In this document: piece after piece, positions 27,625-37,812 of the stretch
Position numbering within the stretch: position 1 is the stretch's first letter
Layout: each line of letters opens with the position of its first letter
NCBI GenBank assembly: GCA_031370005.1
Contig: JANMPT010000077.1
Coordinates: forward strand, 1-64,000
Source: Bdellovibrionales bacterium
GTDB lineage: Bacteria; Bdellovibrionota; Bdellovibrionia; Bdellovibrionales; Bdellovibrionaceae
Reading direction: 5' to 3'
DNA: 64,000 nucleotides
Translations under genes and position numbers: made by a program
The notes under the pieces: model-generated
Database searches by the model: none
Told to the model about the DNA's origin: nothing
The model's input: only the letters and a program-made list of their open reading frames with translations

Positions 27625-28334
27625 TTAAGATATTTTTTACGGAGTCTTAGAATGTCATTTAGAACGCGAAAAATTTCACGAAGAATTTTCACTTTTGAGC
27701 CAGGAATATCTTGCCATTGACGGAGTGGATACTCGATGACCAGTTTTCCCTTAAGACGTAGTAAAATTTCAACATCGAAAATCCAATTGCTTAAGAAACT
27801 TTCAGAAAATGCTGTTTCAATCTGTTCACGGCGAAAAAGCTTAGCGCCGCATTGAGAGTCATAAGATTCTATTTGAAGAAAAGTCGCAATCACCGTCGCA
27901 AATCCACGTCCTAGATAATGGCGAAGCGGGGAGCGCACTATCTTGCTGCCTAAACGATAGACCCGACTACCCCAAACTGAGTCAACCTGCATATCATAAA
28001 GCTCAGCATACTTAATCATATTTGGAACTTCCCAAAGTGGCGTCGCAAGATCCGCATCCCAATAGCCCACCCAATTTGCCTTAGATAGCCTTGAATGATT
28101 AGCAAGGTAGAGCATGCCTTCGCGCACTGCCGCTGCCTTACCTCGATTTTTAGCGCAGGCATATACATGAAAATTCTGTTTGTCCGCAATAAAATTTTTA
28201 ATCCGTAAAAGTGTATTATCTTTAGAGCCGTCATCGATGAACAGAATTTGAATTTCGCCCTGCGCCCCTTCTTCAAAAGCAACTAGGTCGAGGCGACTCT
28301 CTTCATTGTAACATGGCACAACAAGGACTATCAA
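27621..28334 (-). CDS. GT2 glycosyltransferase (polyprenol-phosphate glycosyltransferase-like)
   Basis: PCYNE, DDGSKD, GKAAAVREG, DADLA, DSQCGAKLF, FDVE. Confidence 0.88.
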   Translation of the reverse strand: MIVLVVPCYNEESRLDLVAFEEGAQGEIQILFIDDGSKDNTLLRIKNFIADKQNFHVYACAKNRGKAAAVREGMLYLANHSRLSKANWVGYWDADLATPLWEVPNMIKYAELYDMQVDSVWGSRVYRLGSKIVRSPLRHYLGRGFATVIATFLQIESYDSQCGAKLFRREQIETAFSESFLSNWIFDVEILLRLKGKLVIEYPLRQWQDIPGSKVKILREIFRVLNDILRLRKKYLN

Positions 28335-30187
28335 AATGAATCCTCCGGCGAGTACTCTTGAATCAGAACTTTTAAAAGTCCACGAATCTTTGCCGTATCG
28401 CCCTGCTTACAGGCTTGCTGCATTTCACTAAGCTTTTCCTTTAAAAAAGCTGCATCCAAAAAATATTCTTCCGCCCTCATAATTCGTGGGTGCTCAGTCC
28501 AGGTAACTTTGTCGCCGATGAGAAGTTCCTCATAGAGTTTCTCCCCAGAGCGTAACCCGATGAACTCGATAGCGATATCACCACTCTCCGTATTTGGCTC
28601 GCGAACTTCTAGCCCGCTAAGTTCTATCATTTTGCGAGCAAGATCTACGATTTTAACAGGCTCCCCCATATCAAGAACAAAAACATCGCCACCCTTTCCC
28701 ATAGACCCCGCTTGTAAAACCAGTTGCGCGGCCTCAGGGATAGTCATGAAGTATCGAGTCACTTCAGGATGAGTGACCGTAACTGGCCCTCCGTTCTTAA
28801 TTTGCTCTTTAAACAATGGAACAACCGAACCTGATGAGCCCAGAACGTTGCCGAAGCGAACCATACAGATACGTGTTGCTTGATGGGGCTCACTTGCAAG
28901 CCCTTGTAGGACCAGCTCAGCAAGACGCTTGCTAGCTCCCATAATATTAGTTGGTCGAACGGCCTTGTCTGTGGATATCAATACAAAATTAGCGACTCCA
29001 GTTTTTATTGCAGCTTTTGCCGCAGACCTAGTTCCGTAAACATTGTTCAAAATCCCGGAATCCGCATTGACCTCAACCAAGGGTACATGTTTATAAGCTG
29101 CCGCATGATAAACAGTTTGTACGGAGTGCCCTGCCATTAACTTCTCAAGATGCTCTTGATCCAAGACATCTCCAAGAACACTGATGATTTTAGAATCTGG
29201 ACTTAATCGCAAAAGCTCTTGTTCAATTTTGTACAGTGCAAATTCACTGCGCTCAAAAAGAATCAACTTTGTCGGCGAGTTCAAAAGAATCTGACGACAG
29301 AGCTCAGAGCCAATAGAGCCACCAGCCCCCGTCACAAGAACCACGCGTCCTCTTATACAAGCTGAAATGAGGTTTTCAAATGGCGGTACAGGATCGCGGC
29401 CTAAAAGATCCTCAACCCCAACTTCGCGTATGTCTTCAATGCGTACCCTTCCTTGAACCAAATCACCAAGACCGGGTAGAATTTTTAGAACAATATCCTT
29501 ACCCTCAAACCGGCTAATGATCTGCTTGCGCACCGTCCGCGAAGACGATGGCATCGCCAAAAGAAGCTGACTACAGCCCTTTTGTTCCATGATCTTAAGG
29601 GCGTCTTTCGGATTATAGACACGAAGACCCGCAACAGAAGTTCCCTGCAAGTCTGTATTATCATCAAAAAAAGCAACAGGTCTGTATTCTCGCCCAGAGA
29701 CAAGAGCCAGGGCTGTCTGCAAACCTGCCTGGCCAGCCCCGTAAATTGCAACATTCTGTTTTCGATCTCTTCTAGTTTCGATGGTTCGAATTAAACCTCG
29801 GGCAACAAAACGGCTAGCACCAATATAGGCAATGGCAATAACCCAGTAAATAACAATGGAGGTCCTAGGTAAGGCCACCAATTTTGCCATTACCACAACC
29901 GCCATTAAAATTAAAACTGAAAGCGAGACTCCATATATGACTGTATAGATAATTTTATCGTCCATATAGCGAATAACTGCGCGATAAAAACCAAAACGAA
30001 TAAAAATCGGTACGGCTGTAAAGGGAATGGCAAAGAACACCCACCAAAACTGAGAAACATCTGGAGTGAAAGTTCCTAACCTCAGAGCCACCGCCGACCA
30101 CAGTGCCAAGGGCAAGAGCACAATGTCGCACAAAAGCATAATTAGAATTTTGAATTTTCTTGGTAATTCAGCTAATCTTAAAAACAT
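28331..30187 (-). CDS. Membrane-bound UDP-GlcNAc 4,6-dehydratase (CapD/WbpM/PglF family)
   Basis: 4 N-terminal TMs, TGAGGSIGSE, HAAAYKHVP, STDKAV, RFGNVLGSSGS, GEKLYEEL. Confidence 0.93.
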   Translation of the reverse strand: MFLRLAELPRKFKILIMLLCDIVLLPLALWSAVALRLGTFTPDVSQFWWVFFAIPFTAVPIFIRFGFYRAVIRYMDDKIIYTVIYGVSLSVLILMAVVVMAKLVALPRTSIVIYWVIAIAYIGASRFVARGLIRTIETRRDRKQNVAIYGAGQAGLQTALALVSGREYRPVAFFDDNTDLQGTSVAGLRVYNPKDALKIMEQKGCSQLLLAMPSSSRTVRKQIISRFEGKDIVLKILPGLGDLVQGRVRIEDIREVGVEDLLGRDPVPPFENLISACIRGRVVLVTGAGGSIGSELCRQILLNSPTKLILFERSEFALYKIEQELLRLSPDSKIISVLGDVLDQEHLEKLMAGHSVQTVYHAAAYKHVPLVEVNADSGILNNVYGTRSAAKAAIKTGVANFVLISTDKAVRPTNIMGASKRLAELVLQGLASEPHQATRICMVRFGNVLGSSGSVVPLFKEQIKNGGPVTVTHPEVTRYFMTIPEAAQLVLQAGSMGKGGDVFVLDMGEPVKIVDLARKMIELSGLEVREPNTESGDIAIEFIGLRSGEKLYEELLIGDKVTWTEHPRIMRAEEYFLDAAFLKEKLSEMQQACKQGDTAKIRGLLKVLIQEYSPEDSF

Positions 30188-30306
30188 AGAGCGATCATGA
30201 CATAGGAGGGGCTTTCCTTCAACAGATTGGGACTCTTCCACTGTTAAACATTGCATTAACAGCAAATCAAGTTCTCAAGTGAAATCGAAGTCCCTATACT
30301 AAGCCA

Positions 30307-30870
30307 ATGACTAAACGATTATTCGACCTAGCTTTTGCGCTGGTACTGCTTTTGATTTTACTGTTCCCTCTATTAATTGTTGCCATATTGATCAAGCTAA
30401 GCTCCCAAGGGCCCATTCTTCATTGGTCTAAACGGGTCGGAAAAAACAATAAAATTTTCCTAATGCCGAAGTTTCGATCCATGAAAATAAATACTCCTCA
30501 ACTAGCCACCCATCTTTTGACAAATCCACAAGATCACCTAACCCCTGTGGGTGCTTTTATCCGTAAAACCAGTCTCGACGAACTCCCACAGCTATGGTCG
30601 GTGCTTGTTGGAGACATGAGCTTCGTTGGCCCCCGCCCAGCCTTGTTTAATCAGGAAGATCTTATTAAGTTGCGAACCGAGCGAGGAGTCAGCCGTTTGC
30701 GCCCCGGAATTACCGGATGGGCCCAGATCAATGGCCGCGATGAACTGCCCATTCCACTGAAAGTTGAATTTGACAATTATTACTTCAATAATGCTTCGTT
30801 TTTCTTAGATCTAAAAATTATTTTTCTAACGGCCTATAAAGTGTTTAATGCTGAAGGAGTTAAACACTGA
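30307..30870 (+). CDS. Phosphoglycosyl transferase (PglC/WcaJ-like sugar transferase)
   Basis: [36 protein letters not shown]. Confidence 0.93.
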   Translation: MTKRLFDLAFALVLLLILLFPLLIVAILIKLSSQGPILHWSKRVGKNNKIFLMPKFRSMKINTPQLATHLLTNPQDHLTPVGAFIRKTSLDELPQLWSVLVGDMSFVGPRPALFNQEDLIKLRTERGVSRLRPGITGWAQINGRDELPIPLKVEFDNYYFNNASFFLDLKIIFLTAYKVFNAEGVKH

Positions 30871-32171
30871 TGACAAAAAAAATACTCAATAACCCCTGGT
30901 TCTATTTTGTTTTAAGCCTAGTGCATCAATGCCTAGTAATCTTACCTGGTGAATTTCCTAAGCTCTTTCCCGACAGCGGTTCTTACTTAACCTGGTTTCC
31001 CCATCGCACACCTCTTTATCCTTTTCTACTCTCTATTTTTCAGACTACAAGAAATATGGCGATTTTTCAGATGCTGGTATTTGCGCTTTCCGCAGTAGCT
31101 TTTCACCTTATTTGCCGAATAGTTCTCGAAAAAATTCAACAGCCAAGATGGGGCCGAGAGGTTTTTATATGGATAGGCAGCTTGTACTTTGCAACGAATT
31201 TTGAAATGCTACAGTTCGCACCAGTAATCTTAACAGAGAGTTTAGGCATTAGTTTTTTCACTTTTTATTTTTTCTCTGTATTAAGGTGGGCCTCGTCAAA
31301 TCACAGCACAAATTACGCTCCGAAGCTCTACTTCGGATTGTCATTTTTATTTTTTCCAATTTTACTTTTTATGCTCCGACCTAGTTTTATTTTAGTCCCA
31401 ATGGCAATTACATTTTTCTATGTCTTAAAGTCTTTGCAGGAGAAAAGATACCGTATTTTTTCTTCAATTTTAGCTTGTCTTTTAGTTTACATTGGAACCA
31501 TCGAAGCCTATTCCTTTTGGAATCAAAAGCGAATTGGCCACATTGGCATTTCCGATATCCCTCAACACCAAATTTTCGCTAACTATATGGCTCGCGGCAT
31601 CTTAAAAGACGAGGGCGCCAAAAGCGAGGCCTCTCCAGGACTTAAAGGCTTTGCCCAAGCCTATGCTGAAATGGATCCAAAACTCCGAGATTCCCAATAC
31701 TCCTTATTTGAAAAATGGGCCGAACTCAACCCAGGAAAAAACCTCTATACCGAACTTGTTCCAGTTAATAAGGAACTCTTGTCAAAACGTCCTTTTGCTT
31801 ACGTCAAGGCATCCCTGAAAAACCTTTCTTCCCTGATTGACGGAAGAGCTAGCTTTAATTACTACCTGATCGTCGATCGAGACTTGCCGTCAAAACTCTA
31901 CTTCTGGCTGCAATTTGCACTAGACAATGTTTTCTGTGTCCTTTGGTTCACTGCTCTAATTTACTTCTTTGCTACTATTAGAAAGAGGCCTCTTTTTAGT
32001 TTCGAAAATTTAATTTTCTTAACTGTAGCAACACAGTTTATGACCATTGCTATATTAGGATATAGTGAACTCCGACGCCAATCAGTTGGCGTCGCCAGTA
32101 TACAAATGTTGTTTGTACTAATCATGTGGGCGCATCTTACAAAAAATCGTTTAAAGCCGAATATCCTTTAG
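30870..32171 (+). CDS. Polytopic membrane protein, possible GT-C glycosyltransferase
   Basis: Multiple TMs, PDSGSY...RTPLYP after TM1, ILTESL, large periplasmic loop. Confidence 0.55.
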   Translation: MTKKILNNPWFYFVLSLVHQCLVILPGEFPKLFPDSGSYLTWFPHRTPLYPFLLSIFQTTRNMAIFQMLVFALSAVAFHLICRIVLEKIQQPRWGREVFIWIGSLYFATNFEMLQFAPVILTESLGISFFTFYFFSVLRWASSNHSTNYAPKLYFGLSFLFFPILLFMLRPSFILVPMAITFFYVLKSLQEKRYRIFSSILACLLVYIGTIEAYSFWNQKRIGHIGISDIPQHQIFANYMARGILKDEGAKSEASPGLKGFAQAYAEMDPKLRDSQYSLFEKWAELNPGKNLYTELVPVNKELLSKRPFAYVKASLKNLSSLIDGRASFNYYLIVDRDLPSKLYFWLQFALDNVFCVLWFTALIYFFATIRKRPLFSFENLIFLTVATQFMTIAILGYSELRRQSVGVASIQMLFVLIMWAHLTKNRLKPNIL

Positions 32172-33122
32172 CCAGCTTTTATTTTCTAGATGCCACTGGA
32201 TGGTCTTATCCAGTCCCTGATCAAAGTCAATCTGAGGCTCCCAACCGAGAAGTCTCTTGGCTTTTGAAATATCTGCCCAGGTTTCTTTAATATCTGCTAC
32301 ATGAAAAACGCGATTATCGATTGCCGCGCGCTTTCCCAATCGAGCCTCAATTCCTGCGATCACTGTATTAAGACTGATTGGATTCTGTCCGCCACCAAGG
32401 TTAATCACCTCGTAGCCTAGCTCTTTACCCGCAAGAATGGTTCCTCGTGCGATGTCATCTACAAAGGTAAAATCCCGAGACTGAGCGCCATCACCAAAAA
32501 CTTCCAAACGATCGCCTTGGTCAATCCATTGAATGAATCTAAAAATTGACATATCCGGACGCCCCCCAGGGCCAAACACTGTGAAGTATCGAACCACAGA
32601 GACATCGATGCCATAAAGATAATGATAAGAATAGGCCATGACCTCTGCTGCTTTTTTGGAAGCCGCATAAGGTGAAATCGGGGTGTTCACGGCAAGATCT
32701 TCTGAAAATGGCATTTTTTGTCCAGCATACAAAGAGGATGTCGATGCCAATACGAACTTTTTAATATTTTTTCTTTTCATCTCTGTTAAAAGATTCAATG
32801 AACCCATCGCATTGGTCGTCATATAGACGTGGGGATTTTCCATACTATAGCGAACCCCTGCCCGTGCCGCCAAATTAAAGACAACATCAAATTGATGCTT
32901 ATCAAAAAGGGTCTTCAAGGTCTCGCGATTTTCTATATCGAGCTCTTGAAATTCAAAGCCTTTTTTTTCCTTCAATTGCTCTAGGCGGTATTCCTTTAAC
33001 CGAACATCATAGTAATCATTGAGATTATCAATGCCCAGAACTTCAACACCCTCTTGAAGCAAAAACTCTGTAACTCGATTAGCAATAAAACCTGCAACTC
33101 CTGTGACCAGAACTTTTTTCAT
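32151..33122 (-). CDS. NAD-dependent epimerase (UDP-glucuronate 4-epimerase-like)
   Basis: TGVAGFI, DNLNDYYD, AGVRYS, YAASK, GRPDM. Confidence 0.92.
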   Translation of the reverse strand: MKKVLVTGVAGFIANRVTEFLLQEGVEVLGIDNLNDYYDVRLKEYRLEQLKEKKGFEFQELDIENRETLKTLFDKHQFDVVFNLAARAGVRYSMENPHVYMTTNAMGSLNLLTEMKRKNIKKFVLASTSSLYAGQKMPFSEDLAVNTPISPYAASKKAAEVMAYSYHYLYGIDVSVVRYFTVFGPGGRPDMSIFRFIQWIDQGDRLEVFGDGAQSRDFTFVDDIARGTILAGKELGYEVINLGGGQNPISLNTVIAGIEARLGKRAAIDNRVFHVADIKETWADISKAKRLLGWEPQIDFDQGLDKTIQWHLENKSWLKDIRL

Positions 33123-34402
33123 AGACGTCCATCCACAAGCTCACGGGGTAATAGGCCTTTCACGTCATAGATTACATGGTCCTTTGAGTTCAGCTGGTGC
33201 CAGTTAATTTCTTTAAATTCATTATGAGCAACCGCTAAAACCACCGCCCTGTATTTCGAAAGATTTTTCAGGCAATCCACCTCTACGGGCTTAATGCTAT
33301 ATTCGTATTCAAGTTCCTCCGAAATAGCATGCGGATCAAAGATATCGACCTTGCAACCAAATGTCTTGAGCTCATTGATAACGTCAATCACGCGACTGTT
33401 CCTAACGTCAGGACAGTTTTCTTTAAAAGTCATACCCAAAATCAAAACACTGGCATTATTAACCGTCAGGTTCTTTTTAATCATAAGCTTCACCACCTGA
33501 CCGGCAACATGAACTCCCATATTGTCGTTGATACGGCGACCGGCGAGAATCACCTGGGGATGATAACCCAAAGACTCTGCCTTAAAAGTCAAATAGTAAG
33601 GATCCACCCCAATGCAGTGTCCACCCACTAGCCCTGGATAAAATTTCAAGAAATTCCACTTCGTGGAGGCCGCCTCAAGCACTTCGCGGGTATCAAGCCC
33701 CATACGCCCAAAAATCAAAGAAAGTTCATTTACAAAAGCAATGTTAATATCACGTTGAGAATTCTCAATAACTTTTGCGGCTTCTGCGACCTTGATTGAA
33801 GTAGCTCTAAATGTCCCCGCTTCGATAATCGCGCTATAAACTCCATCGACCACTTCCAAAGACTCTGGGGTCGATGCACTGACCACTTTTTTTATTTTTG
33901 TAATTGTTCGCTCTTTATCTCCTGGATTGATACGTTCTGGGCTGTAGCCGCAAAAAAAATCTATGTTAAACTTTAAGCCACTGCCTTTTTCCAAGATAGG
34001 AATGCAAACTTCCTCAGTACAGCCTGGGTAAACAGTGGACTCATAAACAACAATGTCCCCTTTTTTCAAAACACGAGAAACACTCTCTGAGGCCTTAATC
34101 AGAGGTGTCAAATCGGGCAGCTTGCTTTCATGAACCGGAGTCGGCACCGTAACAATATAAAAATCTGATTTAGCGATGTCCTCCAAATGAGAACTATAGC
34201 GAAGTTTAGACACTTTTAACTGAGCACCTTCAACTTCCCGGGTACGATCAAAACCACTTGAAAGCTCTTTAATGCGAAGATCACTAATATCAAACCCCAT
34301 TACAGGCATTTTCCGAGACAGTTCAACTGCCAAGGGCAACCCCACATAACCAAGGCCAACCACGGCTACGCTTCGCACAGAATTTTGCATAGAATTTCCC
34401 AT
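33119..34402 (-). CDS. UDP-HexNAc 6-dehydrogenase (TviB/WbpO family)
   Basis: GLGYVGLP, ESTVYPG, SPERINPG, GGHCIGVDP, FKENCPD. Confidence 0.92.
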   Translation of the reverse strand: MGNSMQNSVRSVAVVGLGYVGLPLAVELSRKMPVMGFDISDLRIKELSSGFDRTREVEGAQLKVSKLRYSSHLEDIAKSDFYIVTVPTPVHESKLPDLTPLIKASESVSRVLKKGDIVVYESTVYPGCTEEVCIPILEKGSGLKFNIDFFCGYSPERINPGDKERTITKIKKVVSASTPESLEVVDGVYSAIIEAGTFRATSIKVAEAAKVIENSQRDINIAFVNELSLIFGRMGLDTREVLEAASTKWNFLKFYPGLVGGHCIGVDPYYLTFKAESLGYHPQVILAGRRINDNMGVHVAGQVVKLMIKKNLTVNNASVLILGMTFKENCPDVRNSRVIDVINELKTFGCKVDIFDPHAISEELEYEYSIKPVEVDCLKNLSKYRAVVLAVAHNEFKEINWHQLNSKDHVIYDVKGLLPRELVDGRL

Positions 34403-34567
34403 AGATACTCCTAAAAAAGATCCATGGCATAATACATTGAACCGAGGCCCAGAGCAAAAAACCTGCAGTACGCGCATTGCATTATGCATGTGAGTGGCTC
34501 GTGAAAATAGATTTTTAACAAGAGCTCTGCTAAATTATAGATCCTAATCGCCAACATAAGGATTTTA

Positions 34568-35115
34568 TGGTTTTGGTTTTCGAAAAAACGGTCAAATAGC
34601 CTCAGCTTTACGCGAACTCCTTCCCCAAGCCACTTTTTTAAGCAGTACAGAGGCAAATTTCCTAGATCCGGCTTCGATTTTAAAGGCACTCAATCATCAC
34701 AATCCAAACGTGGTCATCAATGCCTCAGCCTATACCCAAGTCGATAAGGCGGAGTCTCTTGGGTATACAGTCCCTCGGGACAGAATATTAAAAAAACGAT
34801 TTTACGCTTAGCTGAGGAGCGTGAAGAGCTAAATATTGTCGGCGACCAGTGGGGAGCCCCCACTAAGGCCGAAGATATCGCTCGAGAAACCAAAAAAATT
34901 ATTGAGAACTACCAATGCAAAAAACCTTTAAAGTTCGGGCTCTATCATTGGAGATTTAGCGACTATACAACCTGGCGTCAATTCGCAGTGGAAATAGTCA
35001 AAGAGGCAAAAAAAAAGGGGGCGGGCACTTGAGAATTAAAAACATACATTCAATTCCCACCGAGGCCTACCCCACTCCAGCAAAAAGACCAAAAAACTCA
35101 AGATTGGGAACTATT
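34568..35115 (+). pseudogene. rfbD: dTDP-4-dehydrorhamnose reductase pseudogene
   Basis: Manual translation gives GQIASAL..., VVINASAYTQVDKAES, then after a frame change SWVYSPSGQN...IVGDQWGAPT...GLYH and PTPAKRPKNSRL; frameshifts plus an internal deletion at ~34755. Confidence 0.88.
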
Positions 35116-35118
35116 CAC

Positions 35119-36087
35119 TCAGAGCTTTCTTTTCAAACCCTTTAAGTCATCCATAATTTTCGTAAGAACGCCCTTTTCTTCTTTATCATGGTTGACATTA
35201 TTTTTCAGCTGTTTGATCGAAGCCTGTAGGCTAGCATAGTCTTCCTTGTGCTGAACATATCCCATCTCTTGTGCAATTCTCAACTGCTCCTGAGCATCGT
35301 TAAGTAAAACATTAGCTTCTTTTTTGTTAATCTTTTCCTCAGAAGACTGGCGCTGGACTTCTTCTAGGAGTGCCTGAGCTTTTATAACTGGTAAGGGTAT
35401 GGTTTGCTCTGTGATCACCACACTATTAAGTGCAGCAATCAACTCAGCTTTAGCTTCAGCAGCTTTATCTTCGCTGATCAGTTTTGCTGCGTTACGAATA
35501 GCCAAGGGGTAGACGGCCATTGGCAAGTTAGTCATTGAAATATTGATCTCACTTGAAAAGTCCCTTAAGGACTCACGCGCTAACTGGAACTCATTTTTAT
35601 TCACCTCAGTTTTAATTTGCTTTGCCATTTTTTTAACATTGGCCTCGTCAGCTACAAAATCTAAGATTCGCACATCCGTTGACATGGGAATCAGATCCAT
35701 ATTGGGATGCTCACTAAGCAAAATATCTATTTTCCCGAGGGCTTTTTCAAGTTCTGCACTAGCTTTGGTTGTATCTTTCTCATCCAAGTATTTAACTGCC
35801 ATACGGGTCTGCTCCCATACACCGAGGGCTTCTGCAATGGGCTTAAAGTTGCTTTCTGCTTCTGCTCTTTCTTTTGCAATCCGCTCTTGTTGAAGTTGGT
35901 CGGAATGACTTTTCTTAACGCCGCCTTCCATCTCTGGCTTCATAGCCTTTGCCGGGTTGCTGGAAGAGCCAACGGCCTTTGCATAACTCGAATTAAAAAT
36001 AAACATACACGTAACTGCGATCATAGTTGCGAACATTGGTGCTCTTATATTACAGGGTTTCATAATTCCTCCTAGTTGGTGTTTCAT
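35119..36087 (-). CDS. YfdX-family secreted helical protein
   Basis: Signal peptide; GKIDILL..P...L.P, LPMAVYP.AI..AA.L, IPLP...A..LL, QL.IAQ.MGY patterns. Confidence 0.75.
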   Translation of the reverse strand: MKHQLGGIMKPCNIRAPMFATMIAVTCMFIFNSSYAKAVGSSSNPAKAMKPEMEGGVKKSHSDQLQQERIAKERAEAESNFKPIAEALGVWEQTRMAVKYLDEKDTTKASAELEKALGKIDILLSEHPNMDLIPMSTDVRILDFVADEANVKKMAKQIKTEVNKNEFQLARESLRDFSSEINISMTNLPMAVYPLAIRNAAKLISEDKAAEAKAELIAALNSVVITEQTIPLPVIKAQALLEEVQRQSSEEKINKKEANVLLNDAQEQLRIAQEMGYVQHKEDYASLQASIKQLKNNVNHDKEEKGVLTKIMDDLKGLKRKL

Positions 36088-36239
36088 ATGCTAAAATAGC
36101 CAAGCAAATAAGTGGCATCCTATGATATGAAGAAATTATGACGACTTAGACGCAAAATATTGGAATGCCAGGCCTCCGACTAAGCGCAACATTCTAGACA
36201 CGCCCTTGCCTTTTAGGCCCTCTCACTCAAGGATAGTCC

Positions 36240-36953
36240 ATGGTGAAAAAGTCCTCGCAAAAACCTGAAAATGCCTTCTTAAATATTATATTTAATATCT
36301 TAATTCCGATCTTGATTCTCAATAAAGGCAGCAAGTCTCTGGGCTCTTTTTGGGCACTTATCATAGCCTTGGCCTTTCCTCTGTCCTATGGAATTTATGA
36401 TCATATCAAGCGCAAAAAAACCAACGCGATTTCTGTTTTGGGGCTTCTCAATGTTGGAATTACTGGGACCTTGGCGCTTTTCAAACTTCATGGAATTTGG
36501 TTTGCAATCAAAGAAGCAGCTTTCCCATTGCTCGTTGGCAGCTTTGTGTTCGGATCAGCTTTTTCAAAAAATCCATTCATTTCGACCCTGTTTCTAAATC
36601 CACAACTAATTGATGTTGAAAGACTTAAGGGTCAATTATTTGAAAGGAAAACTGAAACAGATTTCCATAAACTACTCAAAAGATCAACTTTATGGATTTC
36701 CTTATCCTTCGTATTCAGTGCAATTTGTAATTTTCTTTTGGCGATTCGAATTTTTGAGCCTATCAATGAAGCTCTGGATTCCGAGGCTCAGTCTTTGATT
36801 CTAAATGAACAAATCGCTCGCATGACCACTTGGTCAATGGCAGTGATAGTGCTTCCCTCCATCATATTTTTAGTAGTGATTTTTTTATATTTAACCAAGG
36901 GAATGCAAAAGTTGAGTGGCTTAACCGAAGATGAACTCCTCGTTCAGAAGTAA
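36240..36953 (+). CDS. Membrane protein (VC0807/IspZ-like)
   Basis: NIIFNILIP.LIL.K, WFAIKEA, ~6 TMs. Confidence 0.6.
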   Translation: MVKKSSQKPENAFLNIIFNILIPILILNKGSKSLGSFWALIIALAFPLSYGIYDHIKRKKTNAISVLGLLNVGITGTLALFKLHGIWFAIKEAAFPLLVGSFVFGSAFSKNPFISTLFLNPQLIDVERLKGQLFERKTETDFHKLLKRSTLWISLSFVFSAICNFLLAIRIFEPINEALDSEAQSLILNEQIARMTTWSMAVIVLPSIIFLVVIFLYLTKGMQKLSGLTEDELLVQK

Positions 36954-36957
36954 GTCT

Positions 36958-37686
36958 TTAGAATGAACTTCCATCCATGGGCATTGGTGGAGGAGGCGGT
37001 GGAAAGTAGCCCCCATCAAAGTCAGATCCTGGCTCCCCTGGGAACGGAATTGGTGGTGGCGGAGGAAAACCTTCAGGCGGCGGCTCAAAGGATTCAGGCG
37101 GCGGAAATGGTGGTGGCACATAGCCATCACTGAAGTCATCAAAGGTCGGCGGCGGAGGAAAGTTTGGCAATGGACTGTTGCCATCATGAATACTTCCTGA
37201 ATTGCTACTTGGAGTACTGATTCCAGGCTTGTTACCATAAAGATTTCTTTTAGCAATATCAAAACGCGGTCTTTCCCTATCAAGGCCGTACTCCTTTAAA
37301 GCCCACTCATCACGTTTTTCTTGTTCCTTGGTATTTTTCGGTTCTAATTCTTTTTGTTCTTTTGCATAGGCCTTTCGACTTCTTTTGTGCTCTTCATATT
37401 CTTTATACTTTTCTTCAAGATCAGCTCTGTAATCAGGGCTATTCACACTGGGAGCTTCTTGTACTTTTCGCTGCTTATCGGCTTGGCGATCTTTTTTGCG
37501 CTGCTCTTCCCAATCGGCCTGATCTTCCAGATAATCCTTTAGGCCGGCTTCGCGCTCCTGATCAAATTCTTTATCTGCCTTTTGTTGCAGGAGAAAACCC
37601 CTATATCTCGCTTCCTCGCTTTGCGCCAAAGAGTGAGCGCTCACTAAAACACCAATAAGAAAAACCCCAAGAGTTCTTAGAAACAT
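36958..37686 (-). CDS. Secreted protein with charged coiled coil and poly-Pro C-terminus
   Basis: Signal peptide, E/K-rich middle, repeated FPPPP motifs. Confidence 0.7.
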   Translation of the reverse strand: MFLRTLGVFLIGVLVSAHSLAQSEEARYRGFLLQQKADKEFDQEREAGLKDYLEDQADWEEQRKKDRQADKQRKVQEAPSVNSPDYRADLEEKYKEYEEHKRSRKAYAKEQKELEPKNTKEQEKRDEWALKEYGLDRERPRFDIAKRNLYGNKPGISTPSSNSGSIHDGNSPLPNFPPPPTFDDFSDGYVPPPFPPPESFEPPPEGFPPPPPIPFPGEPGSDFDGGYFPPPPPPMPMDGSSF

Positions 37687-37812
37687 AGAGATAGCATACC
37701 CTGCTTTTAACTTTTGGAATAAACAAAGTAAAATCCCGAAAAATATACTCGACCTTCATCTGAACAGGCTCTATTATGAACGCCGATCTCGTTGCCCACA
37801 GGAGTCTGTTAA

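Noticed and set aside
35543..36075. Plus-strand ORFs of 116 and 122 aa
   Set aside because: Antisense shadows of the yfdX-like gene.
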